A stretch of DNA of 63,932 bases, counting the filler, from Ionaspis alba (taxonomy: Eukaryota): assembly GCA_964255285.1 (NCBI GenBank). It is 5 parts of 5 records of this genome, joined end to end, with 100 filler letters (N's around TTAATTAATTAA, not from the genome) between each part and the next. Parts side by side here need not be neighbours in the genome. Positions count along the whole stretch, not along the records: positions 40,277 to 53,534 come from CAXUUL010000469.1; positions 53,635 to 63,932 come from CAXUUL010000611.1; 3 more parts are not named here. One strand, 5' to 3'. Position 1 is the first letter of the stretch. The number at the start of each line of letters is the position of its first letter. Under the pieces are notes generated by a model. The model did not search any database. It saw only the letters and a list, made by a program, of their open reading frames with translations, and had not been told where the DNA came from. Positions 53,253 through 63,932 of this stretch are shown one piece after another. The translations under genes were made by a program, and so were the position numbers.

Positions 53253-53534
53253 ATGTCGACAACAACAACAACAACCACCACGACCGCCACTCAAACAACA
53301 AACCTAGCCACCGACCCACTCCCGCTCACAGCCGACCCATTGTCGACCACCGGCCAAATCCACCGCGGTCCAGTAACCACCTCCCTAAACTTCTACGCCC
53401 CACCAGCCGACGGCTCCAAGCCCTATAACTGGGTCTGCGACCCCCCAGCCGGTGAACCGCGCTTCAACTTCGGCACCAAAGAAGTCTCCGTCGAGATCTC
53501 CGACATCCGAGGCCAAGAATCCTCTTTCGAGCTT
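53253..53534 (+). CDS. 5' part of a CmcJ/NvfI/AsaB-like (GA4 desaturase-family) oxygenase, truncated
   Basis: GPVTTSLNFYAPPADGSKPY...NF..EVSVEISDIRGQESSFEL matches the family's N-terminus as recalled. Confidence 0.7.
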
Positions 53535-53634
53535 NNNNNNNNNNNNNNNNNNNNNNNNNNNNNNNNNNNNNNNNNNNNTTAATTAATTAANNNNNNNNNN
53601 NNNNNNNNNNNNNNNNNNNNNNNNNNNNNNNNNN
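53535..53634. other. Artificial contig-joining spacer N44-TTAATTAATTAA-N44
   Basis: Linker at 53579-53590. Confidence 0.98.
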
Positions 53635-55649
53635 GGATGGATGTCTGGGTTCGGGTTTGTGAAGGCGCGAGGCTTCGTTGCAGCTGCGGTCGTTGAGATC
53701 GTCTCTTCTTTGGCAGCTCGGTGATTTTTGTGCTGCTTCTGAGACTCCGTCTGGTGGTTCGGAGCAAATGAAGGACTGCTGGGTGTGCACAACTTAGGAA
53801 GTGGAGCAGTACGTGTCGGAGGTGACAGATTTGCGGATGGGATGGGATGAGAGTGAGTAGGTGAACCGATACCTCCAATAGGCGACGAAGGTAAGGGTGA
53901 GCCCGGAGGTGACGGAATCAACAAGGTCAGGTTGGCGAGAATATCAAGAGGTGAGTAAGAGCTTCCAGGTGAGTATGTAGTAGGAGGTGACAGCTGAGCT
54001 ATATCGCGCAGGATCCCGTAGTCAGGTCCTTTGTGCAGTAGGTCAGGAACCTCGCCGAGGTGCTTGACCGTCAGACCTTCGCTGATTGCTGTGGCTGCAG
54101 CAAGGACACTTGCGTTACGGCATAGAGTACCGCCTTTGCGTTCTTCAGGCACATATGAAACAGGAACGTGGGCTTTGTTCTGTGCAATGGTATCTGGCTT
54201 ACGCTCGTTCGAAGCAGCAGAAATAGTGAGAACGGGTTCTCCTGACATAGCACTAGGATTTTGTGCATTCGTGAGAGCAGGGGCAGCGTTGCGAGCAGCG
54301 TTGCGACGGTCAGTGCCGAGCTTCAGCTTCGCGACTCCACGCTTTCGAATGACGAGAGGGTCCGGGCACGCTGATGATGGAGAGGGTGGCGGCAGCGGGT
54401 GCTTTGCTGGGAGGTCCAGAACATTTGGACGAGGGCGACGCGGAAGTGGTTTATGAGTAGATGCAGTTGATAAGCTGCTCGACCTGACAGGTAGAACGAC
54501 CTTCTGTCTGTTATCCGATTTCGCCACGGCTTCTGCTTCACTTCGAACTCCATACTCGGTGGGTTCGTGGTGAGTGAGACCACGGCCGAGACCACGGACA
54601 GGAACTTGAGTCAGACTCCTCTTCAAGCAAGTGCTGCCATTTGAGTCTTTACAGAATGCCGGGTTGGGGAAAGGGCCGAAGCTGTCTGGTAGACCGAGGT
54701 TTTTGTCGGGCGCGAACATTACTCCCACTGGTATGCCATGGATGTTCGAAATGCCATCTTCCGGTTTCGGTATGCGATCCTTCTTCCACAATTTCTCGAA
54801 AAGTGCAGCACGACGATTGGCCTCGATGAATGACTTGGGGAGACGCCATTTCTTGCTAGGAGTGTTCTCTGAGGAATTGAGATTCGTGGAGTTGTTCGTT
54901 GGGGTAGTCGGTGAAGTGAGGCTCTCGATGGTCTGCTTCAGTGAGGTCATGATGGTCAAAGGTGCCTTGCTCTTTCTAGCATTCTGCGCCATTGCCTCAG
55001 GTCCATTACCGCCAGCCTCAGTAGTGCCTGGAATGACTGCTCTCACGAAATTGATCTCACCGCCATCAATTCCTTCACCATCGCCCCAAGTAAGCTCAGA
55101 GGCTCGCTCAAAGGCTCTGACACCTTCTCTCCACCTGGCTTGCTCGCATCGTGTGACACCCATTGCGTACCAAGCAATGACAAGGCCAGAATCGTGCTTG
55201 ACACTTTGTTCGAAAGCCTCTTCAGCAAACCAGTACTCGCCAAGGAAGCCTTTGATGATGCCAATGTTGAACCAGAGCTTAGCTGCTATCAGAGGGATTG
55301 TCGATATATGGGGCAGGTGAGACGTGAGAGACGCGTAGGTTATCGCAAGTTGAATCGCTGGATCCTTCGACGTGACTGACTCGATGTGTTCGTTGAGCTT
55401 TATCAAGAGCCGGCTGTAGCGTTGAGCTGAGGTGCTAACGAAACCAGATCGGTAGTGTTCGAGAGCTTCTAACCAGCGCCTTTGGATTTCGTTAATGGTA
55501 AGATATGCTGTCGCGGATTCAGATATATCAGAATGTTCAGAATCGGACACTGGTGGAGGCGAGAGAATTGGGGTTTGAAGTAGTGAGTTTGTGGCGATGA
55601 TCAGTGAGTTAGGGCTTGGTGTCGGTGGCCATTGAACTTGAAGCTCCAT
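53635..55649 (-). CDS. Divergent NoxR/p67phox-like TPR protein with a long Pro/Ser-rich tail, 3' truncated
   Basis: WLEALEHY, AKLWFNIGII..LGEYWFAEEAFEQSVKHDSGLVIAWYAMGV, WRL..IEANRRAA and GIPVGVMFAP parallel NoxR WVxAL.Y, SKILFNMGVI..LGEH..A, FKL..VLFNRG and SIPVGVVYRP. Uninterrupted ORF. Confidence 0.75.
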
Positions 55650-55971
55650 TGAATGCGATTGAAGACAGAGACTTGAACAACAGATAGAAAGACGAGATGT
55701 CGAAGTGCAACATCACTGTACCAGATGGATTGAGAATGATGGAGGTGGACTATTTCACGTGAGGAAAGTCGGAAGTGAATTGAAAATGTTACTGATATTA
55801 GCATCATATGGTGGTAGCGTCCTAGGCTAAATGGGACAATAAGGATTTACATGAAATTGCGTGGCTGGTACTTTCTGACAATAGCATAGCCTTATTCACA
55901 TTGAACATATGAGAGTACGGTCATTACCATTGTTGCTACTTTGATGCTTAACTAAGACTAATCGGGTGCAG

Positions 55972-58838
55972 TCACTTGAGACTCGCGTTCCTAGTGACGG
56001 CTAGGAAAGTGAGAGACCAAAGCTGCCTGATGTCCGATTCTAAGCACTTTGTTAGCATGAGATTCTTAGTCTTGGGAAGAACCACTTACCCGTTGGACCA
56101 CTCCCGGGCGGTGGTGGCAAAGCTCCCAGAGGCGTGAACTGAAAGTCCCCGTTCCTGTAAACCCAAGACCAAACTTCCGACGATAGATATTGTGTATTCT
56201 TCTCAAGAACGTCCCACAACGCGTTATATGCCTTGAGCACATTCCCATGCACTACCTTATCGTTGCAAAAGTCTGGGACGGCATTGCTAGTGCAGCGAGC
56301 GAGTTGCAATTCAAGTCCTCTGGCCATCATAGCTTGCTGCCACGACCAGACCACGGTACCGTGATAGGCATTGGTTGTGAAGTTGGCAGCGTAGACAGGT
56401 TCTTTGCCATAAGCTGGGTTCGCGACTACCATACCAACAGACGTGAGAAGACCTGCCGGAAAGATGCGCATAACGTTGTTGGCAGTCTGATTGACAAATG
56501 AGGTCAATTGAGTCTGGTTCGTGCTGTTGACAAGGAAAAGACGGAAGCAATCATCAGTATTCATGACCTGGACTTGACTAAGGTTGTTATTCCCCTCTAG
56601 AGAAATGGCATTGAAGACTACATCGGAATCAATCAGGTTTGACTGACTCGGTCCTGGGAATGCGCTCGAGCTGTAAGCTTGTAGTCGATTTTTCGCTTCA
56701 GCGGCTGGGATCTTGACTTCAAAGAATTTGAGAGTTTGGTCCTCCCACACTTTAGCGTATGTATCGGCCAGAGTGCCCCAATCGGAGTGACCTGAGTAGA
56801 GTCCAGCTCGGCTCAATGCTGCTATGCTTCGAAGGGCAGCAGGGACAAGAGCTGTGTTGACGTCGTACGGTATTCTACCACCACCAATACCTAGAGATGA
56901 AAGTCAGTATGCGCGTAAGGTATGTCGCTGAGCAGACACAACCACTTCGTAACAGATGCCACCTATGCAGTGAGACCTCCCTACAGTTGTGGTATATGAA
57001 AAGAACTCGTTGCGACTAGGAAGTAGATGCAACGCGCTTACCGTATTGACTATCTCGCCACTCCCCAACAGGAATATCGGCCTTGAGATGGGCAAGATTC
57101 TCGATTGTTTGGTTGCCTGGAGCTGCAAAGCGTCCTCCAATAGTCATAATCTTTTCAGCGTCTATTTGAGCGAGCTGTCCCCAGGTCTTGCCACTGTTGG
57201 CAGGATTGATTTTCCCAGCTTGTGTACTTGAATATAGGTTAGCAGCTTGCAAAGATACTATCAACGGAATAGTACCTTAGGAACGATTTTGCGCGGCTAC
57301 TACCAACAGTGCTCTTCACGAAATACTGCTCCATGAGAACAGGCAAGTAGTAATCGGAGTCAATCTGAACTTTCGTTTAGAACATGCTGCACCAAGATGA
57401 GATCTGCAATCTTACCATGACGTAGTTGTATCCAGGCGCTGTGCTTGTCATGTTCATCTTCTCGTTGAGATACGTGGCATAGTCTCTGCTCATCCATTAC
57501 TGCTGTACTTTGCTGCGATGCCTGTAGACTTACCCGATAGTCTCCTCATGGGCCACGCTTCCATCAGTACTGTTAATCCTCTCCAGAACAGCGCCGATAA
57601 CAGCCTCCAATGCACCACCCTGGCCTTCACTAAGAACAGGCCTGAGGAGAAGAGCTGCAATCATAGAGTCGCGTCCAAAGTAGGTCAGGAATCGCCAAGT
57701 ACCAGCCAACAGCTTTTCGGTATACGACAGAAAGGACAACGAAGTGGTCTGATCTGGTTTTTGACTGATCAATCCTTGAGACATGGGATTCAGAACAGCA
57801 GAGGCAGTGAGTTGAGTGAGCTGTGGATAGTTGAAGTCGGCATAGAATATATACTCTCCAGCTGCGAAGTTCAATTTCTTGTTCGTGATGGTCACAGCTT
57901 TTGCTCCTGAAGACTTGATGGGTTGGAAGCCAAATTCGGTTGTGGTGACATTGTCGAGCCATAATCTGCTTATGACGCCGGCTTCGCCATTGACATTGAA
58001 CTTAATGGCATCTTGGATATTCGGCTGGAGAAGACTGGGCCCTTCAGTGAAGTCACGAATAGTTCTCACACTTCCCAACAGTGGCACGGTAAGTGTAGCT
58101 GATGAATTGAAGCTGATGATGCCTGATACTCCAACGCTTGGCAAGCCTGATTTGCTACTGGACTTTTTGTAGACAGGCATGAGCGGGCCACCAGACGTAA
58201 AGTTCATCAATTCGATTCCGAGGGAGCCATTGACCCCGTTCTGCGGTGCGAAAAAGGCGCAGACACCACTGTTGCCGGCGGGCCATGCAACGACCAGGCG
58301 CGGGCCGATGACAGTGAGATTGCTATCGGGTCGAGGGCTGGTAACAACGACATGGGCGGCAATATGGCAATCAGAGTAGAAATAGTTCTCATACGGAGGA
58401 TCACTCAGATGCTGAGTGGTGGGAGATCCAGAGCACGTAGGTGGATTGTTCCCTGGGATTGCTGGCACGGCACCCCCTGTCGCAGATGGCGTACTGCTGG
58501 CTGGCACAGTGGAAGCAACTGGAGGAGCAGTGCTGGCAGATCTCTTTGGAGGATATTCCAAACGTCCTGAGCTACACGAATATTTGCTTGGGAGATAACA
58601 ATCGGGACCACATCTCAACGTCGGTACGCCATTCAAGACTGGACAGAGAAAGGAAGAATCATAGCACGTATACTAGAGACTGCATTAGTCTAACATCCCA
58701 TCTGTCTCGAAGGGGCAGACTTGCTTGCGATACACGGTAGAAAGCTTTACCACATGGGAGGAGAGGCTCAGCAGCCTGCACGCAAAGGAGAAGTAGACAC
58801 AAGCAGATCACAAGTATTGTTTCTTTTAGGCTATACAT
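55972..58838 (-). CDS. Secreted protein: CBM52-like module + Ser/Thr linker + glycogen-debranching-like six-hairpin glycosidase domain
   Basis: Signal peptide MYSLKETILVICLCLLLLCVQA. CGKAFYRVSQ|YTCYDSSFLCPVLNGVPTLRCGPDCYLPSKYSCSSG is CBM52-like. WRFLTYFGRDSMI, HEETIGDYA, GGGRIPYDVNTAL, YHGTVVWSWQQA, QLWSLTFLAV. Confidence 0.85.
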
Positions 58839-59844
58839 ATTTGAGGGAGAGCAACACTTCCGCGACCCAAAATTTGAGGAGATTGGGGCGATGTGCCCTC
58901 ATTTTGAAGTTGCTGGAAAGCTTCTCCAACTTTCCAACCTCTCGCATCAAGCTTCCCTCCATCGTGCGTCGGGACAGGTACACAATACGTACCGTTCGCT
59001 CATTCTCTGCAAGCTAGCACAAGAGAGGAAAGCAAAATGCGGGGAAATGTCCACCGTTTGCTATTCCGCAGTAGAACATCCCGGTTCTAAGGGGAGAAGA
59101 TAACGCCGCATACGTAGGAACGACGTGCGAGAGAGGAGCTATATGCTGAATAATGCATTACTGCACGGCCTGCCTGCTTTTCGAGGTACCGAGAGTGCCA
59201 AGCTCTGCGGGAACGATGAGCAGGATGAAAGGAGAGATGAGGAGCAAAAACACGTGGGGATCGATCGGAAGCAAGCACGTGATTTGTCTTGGCATAGTTG
59301 GAACTCCTTTTGCTTGTAACTGCTGCGCCGCTGACACGGTTGACTTAGTGACAATTCAATTTAATCCAGGGGGTGACAATAATGTATCAGTATTAGTGGT
59401 AGAAGAGCTTCCCTGACGGCTCTGTGTCCGTTGCTGTGTCATACTGCAACCTTGACTTCAGGATCAAGACTGAAAGTTACTCGAGAATTACTGCACTATA
59501 ACGGCGGTAGTTGTCGTCTGAACTAATCAGCCGACTCATGGAATGTAGGCCACTCTGCGGCACTGGCCCACAATCATCCTAAGCGCCTGCAAAGGACGAC
59601 AGATGCCTGCCGTGATACAGTTCCCAGGTCTTCGGAAACCTGCCTCGCATCCCGACTCGCACCGCCTAGCAGGAGGCTGCAGCATCTCGATAGCTTGGTA
59701 TCCTCGGAATTGCGTTCCACGTAATCAATTCTCCGGAACATGAACAACAGATCCAGTAGGAGCCATTGGTGGGAAAATTGAATGTATTCAAGAGCTGAAA
59801 TGATTCCGCAAGGCTCTACCAGCCATTTGATCCCCTTCCTAGCA

Positions 59845-59944
59845 NNNNNNNNNNNNNNNNNNNNNNNNNNNNNNNNNNNNNNNNNNNNNNNNNNNNNNNN
59901 NNNNNNNNNNNNNNNNNNNNNNNNNNNNNNNNNNNNNNNNNNNN
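59845..59944. other. ~100-N scaffold gap in the intergenic region
   Basis: Plain N run. Confidence 0.9.
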
Positions 59945-61743
59945 GTACTCGTCGTTGCTTTGTGGCGCCGATATCGGGCTTGCGCTTCGAATAAACATAG
60001 TAGCTGTTCTAGTATCCAAACACATGACTGCCACACCAGTATGGAGCATGGCACCCACCTCTCGAGATCAAAGTGCCTCGTTGCTGTGGGCTGGAGTGCT
60101 CGCACATGAACACCCACGCGATTCTTGCTTCTCTCCACGTTTCAGCCAAGTAGAGTGAGACGGCGAACTTTCTCAGAGGCCCAACAGAGGGATGGAGTGC
60201 GGCCGATAAGGATCGGGGATCTTGGGATATTGCCATGTGTCGGATGGATAGGCTGTTGCCATGTGGTCGCCCTGGCTGCAATGGATCACGATGGGAAGTG
60301 GGAGGATGGATCAGACTGGCGGGGGAAGGAGGGTGAGGAGAGGAGGAAAATGAAAGATTTGCTCCGAGGTGGTGCTTTGCCTGTAAGCGACATACCGCCT
60401 CTCCTCCTCTCCTACCTACTTCTTAGATGAAGCAATTGTCGGAGCGCTCATGCATGAGCAGATCCTTGACCTGGCACTACACGTGGACGCCGCCCGTGGC
60501 CGCATCCATACTCCAAGGATGTCACCCGTCCTTTTCGTCTAGCCAGCAAATGAATTCGAAGGCAATTACCCAAAGGTGGCTGGTCGCCAAGAGATTGATG
60601 GATTTCCTTCTGTCGTTCGTAGCTGCCAAGTTCAGCGAGTGACGGGAGCCAACAACGTCTTATTATTACTACTGCTGCTGGGTGTGGCAGAAGGCTTCGC
60701 ACCAATTTCTCCACCACGCTACTACTTACTACTAATGGTAAGAATCTCTCTAGCAGCTTACTGTGCTATTCCGTCCTTTTATTCCTACCATCTTACCTGA
60801 CCTCATCTACTCTCATCAAACGGCTCCACAACATCCGTAAGGCTCACGATACGAGGCCAACTCCTCCACGTTCTGGTCTTTCGGAATGTTCGAGTCCAGT
60901 GCTCTCTTCGTAAAGGTGAGACTGATCTATGACGGCATGTCTCTGCGCGATAGACGAGAGTAATGCTGAGTTGAGCTATTCTTACCTTGTGTTTATGATC
61001 ATGGCCAGATACGGCGTCCGAGAGCTGTGTCGTTGCGGCGTAGACGCACCTCGACTGGGAAACTGCGTGTGCTTCCCTCGCCTGCTATCCCGGTCATGCA
61101 GCAATTGTGGTTGCACTGCAGCTGTACCCTATCCTAGTCCTCGTCTCTTGTCTTGTTCTTCCATGCAGCCTTCTGTTCGAATGTCTACCCATGTCAGAAA
61201 TAAGGAGCGCCTTCAAACGACATGTTGGGGAATAACATCCTCGAGGCCAATAGATAGGCCAGGTAGGCACGTCGATCTCATTATCTCGTGGAAACTTGCA
61301 TGCTGCATGGTACCGCCATGTCAGCCTCTTGTCTCTTTGACTCTCGCTCCTCTCATGCTTCCGCTCATCTCTTGGCCTCAGATTAGAAGATGGACCTGCG
61401 TTCTAGTTCCACGTTTTCTGGCTTGGTATTAGTGGCAGCTGCACATGTGCCTCTCCTTGTAGCACGTGCATATCCTCCACTCCGAGGTGAAAAGAAATAA
61501 TATAAAGATAATAATAACGATGTCGTCCTCCCCTCCATATTCCGAGTCTCAGTTCGATCTATTTGAATCAGGTGACAGGGATGTGCTTGGTCCTTTCCGC
61601 ATCCTTTTGAACTATTTATTTATACACGAGAATCCCTAGCCCCAGGAACTACTTATACTCCAGCTCTTTTCCCCTTCTGTCTGTATTGGTCTCTCTCAGA
61701 GTATTAATTCGGGAACCATTGCTGCTGGCTGTACACACTCGCC

Positions 61744-63854
61744 ATGTCGTCCGTCATAAACGCAATACTTTCCAGTACTACCTTGATAGCTAGTCTCGCA
61801 CAGACTGCTACAAACGGTAAGCAACGTTCTATACAATTGGAGACTGGTTCCATTAATACGACTTCCCTTCTCACAGGTCTGTCGCTACTTGGAACAACGA
61901 GTGCCCCTGTCCTCCCGGACTTCTTGTTGAACAATGTATGTTTCACGCTCCACTTCTCCCTCGCACTGAATCATAGCTGATGATAAGAAGCCACTTCCAC
62001 AAGGATACCCTTGGGGTACACTCACGGCTGGAAATGTGGACCCTTACAAGAAACCGCCGCGGTCAGGTGTCATACGTGCCTACGACTTCACGCTCAAGCG
62101 CGCCTTCATTGCTCCAGACGGCGTGAACAAGAGTGCCATCCTCGTCAATGGTCAGGTAAAGTAGCTGCCAATCCTGCTATCATGAGACTGTCTAATGCTC
62201 TTGCGGTCATCAGTTTCCGGGACCGACCATTGAGGCAAATTGGGGAGATACTATCCAAGTCACTGTCCACAATCAGATTACTGGACCTGAAGAAGGAACC
62301 GCCGTGCATTGGCATGGTCTCACACAAAAGAAGACTCCCTGGTATGATGGTGTTGTAAGTCTCGTGTCGCGTCGAAGTTCCCCTGGCGCTCCCCCATCTC
62401 CAACCAAAGCTAATTGGATCCCGCGCTAGCCCAGTGTAGAACAATGCCCAATCGCTCCAGGATCTTCTTTTACCTATCAGTTTGAGGCTGACATCTTTGG
62501 CACGTCGTGGTGGCACACGCATTACTCTGCTCAATACGTCGCTGGAGCCTTTGGACCCATGATCATATATGGGCCAAAAAACGCTCCTTACGATATAGAC
62601 CTTGGTCCAGTCTTGCTCACAGATCACTACCATCAAGAGTACTTCAAGATCATTCAATCCCTCGTCGCTGTACCTCTTACTGGTCCGCCCATCTCCGACA
62701 ACAACCTCATCAACGGCAAGATGAACTTCGACTGTACAAAGGCACCCGCAGGGACAGCGTGTACGCCCAATGCTGGAATATCCAAATTCAGATTCAAGTC
62801 CGGGAAGACCCATCGTCTCAGATTGATCAATGCTGGTGCAGAGGGTGTTCAAAAGTTTACTATCGACAATCATACCATGACCGTGATTGCGAATGACTTC
62901 ATACCTGTGGTGCCCTACCAAGCCGATGTGATCACCCTTGCAGTGGGTCAGCGGACGGATATCTTGGTCACTGCTAAAGGACAGCCTACTGATGCAGTTT
63001 TCATGAGATCCGAAATACCCGGATTCCCTTGCTCAGCTCCGAGTCAACCTTCCGCACTGGCGGCAATCTACTACGAAAAGGCCGACACTACCAAAACGCC
63101 CACCTCGACAGCGGGGCCGCACGATCTTACCACTTGTGCCAACGATCCTCTCTCCAAAACGATCCCTTTCTTGCCCATACCGGTCAATCCTAGCCCCGCA
63201 GCAACACAGAACATTGAAATTACTGTCGGAGCAAACGCCACAGGCCAGGTGGTCTGGTTCATGAACGGAGTCTCCTACCGCGCCAATTACGATCACCCGA
63301 TCTTGCTACTCGCAAATCTTGGGAACACATCCTACCCTAATGATCCGCAATGGAACGTCTTCAATTTCGGGAAAAGCACATCGATACGATTGATCGTCAG
63401 AAACACTTTCCTAGCAGTCCACCCCATGCATTTGCACGGGCACAATTTCCAAATCTTGTCCGAAGGCCCAGGTGCTTGGGATGGGACTATTGTGAATCCC
63501 ATCAATCCACAGCGCCGTGATGTGCATCTGCTTGCTGGAGGCTCACCTGAAAGTCCTAGCCATATGGTCATTCAATTTGATGCGGATAATCCTGGGGTTT
63601 GGCCTTTCCATTGCCATATTGCTTGGCATTCGTCTGGAGGGTTGTATGTCAATATAATGGTAAGCAATCTTCATAATTGCGGCTTTGGTCTCCGCTATAA
63701 GCTACGTGAGCATGCTGACGTGATGCGACTGGTACAGGAACGACCTGATCTAATCACACAGAAACAAATACCGGCGGTCATGGCGCAGACGTGTCGGGAT
63801 TGGGCTACTTATAGTGGGCATAATGTGGTGGAGCAGATAGATTCTGGTCAATAG
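61744..63854 (+). CDS. Laccase / multicopper oxidase (AA1), secreted, multi-exon
   Basis: Signal peptide. [19 protein letters not shown]. Cu motifs [34 protein letters not shown]-terminus IDSGQ*. Confidence 0.96.
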
Positions 63855-63932
63855 GACCGTGGATATATTCATCGATTTATGGTATGAATTTACGACTTCA
63901 CATTTATCTTTTGAAGACTATCGTTTATATAA

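Noticed and set aside
58900..61700. ORFs in the 2.9-kb region between the glycosidase-like gene and the laccase
   Set aside because: Non-coding-like composition and no domains. Most likely long regulatory DNA.
51448..63854. Mutarotase + oxygenase + NoxR-like + glycosidase + laccase as one redox/carbohydrate cluster
   Set aside because: Split by an artificial scaffold junction at 53535-53634. Only the last three genes are really linked, and there is no evidence of co-regulation.

Overview
Eukaryotic DNA from a filamentous ascomycete (Pezizomycotina): short spliceosomal introns with CTRAC-type branch sites and typical fungal genes. The window is NOT one locus. It is five unrelated scaffolds (1-13362, 13463-26797, 26898-40176, 40277-53534, 53635-end) joined by artificial 100-nt N44-TTAATTAATTAA-N44 spacers, apparently sorted by decreasing length. 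There are also five plain ~100-N scaffold gaps. Scaffold 1: HAUS6-like 3' end, ORC1, an uncharacterised KH-like protein, prefoldin 5, a decayed Zn-alcohol dehydrogenase and an Argonaute with a DEDD tetrad and an RS/RD-rich N-terminus. Scaffold 2: Zn2Cys6 protein, ERG5, peroxisomal thiolase, secreted alkaline phosphatase. Scaffold 3: truncated sacsin/NO VEIN-like GHKL ATPase, DCW1/DFG5, SNC1, ARG5,6. Scaffold 4: BLI-3, BIR1, TAM41, RAD3/XPD, secreted aldose 1-epimerase, partial AsaB/CmcJ-like oxygenase. Scaffold 5: divergent NoxR/p67phox-like TPR protein, a secreted CBM52 plus six-hairpin glycosidase-like protein, and a laccase ending in an atypical DSGQ. No rRNA, tRNA, CRISPR array or intact transposon was recognised. 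The best novelty candidates are the Argonaute and its KH-like neighbour, the NoxR paralog, the sacsin-like ATPase, the CBM52 hydrolase, and a 5'-UTR intron in bli-3 that hides a mitochondrial-type presequence. All calls come from reading motifs by eye; no database searches were run, and exon boundaries were inferred manually.
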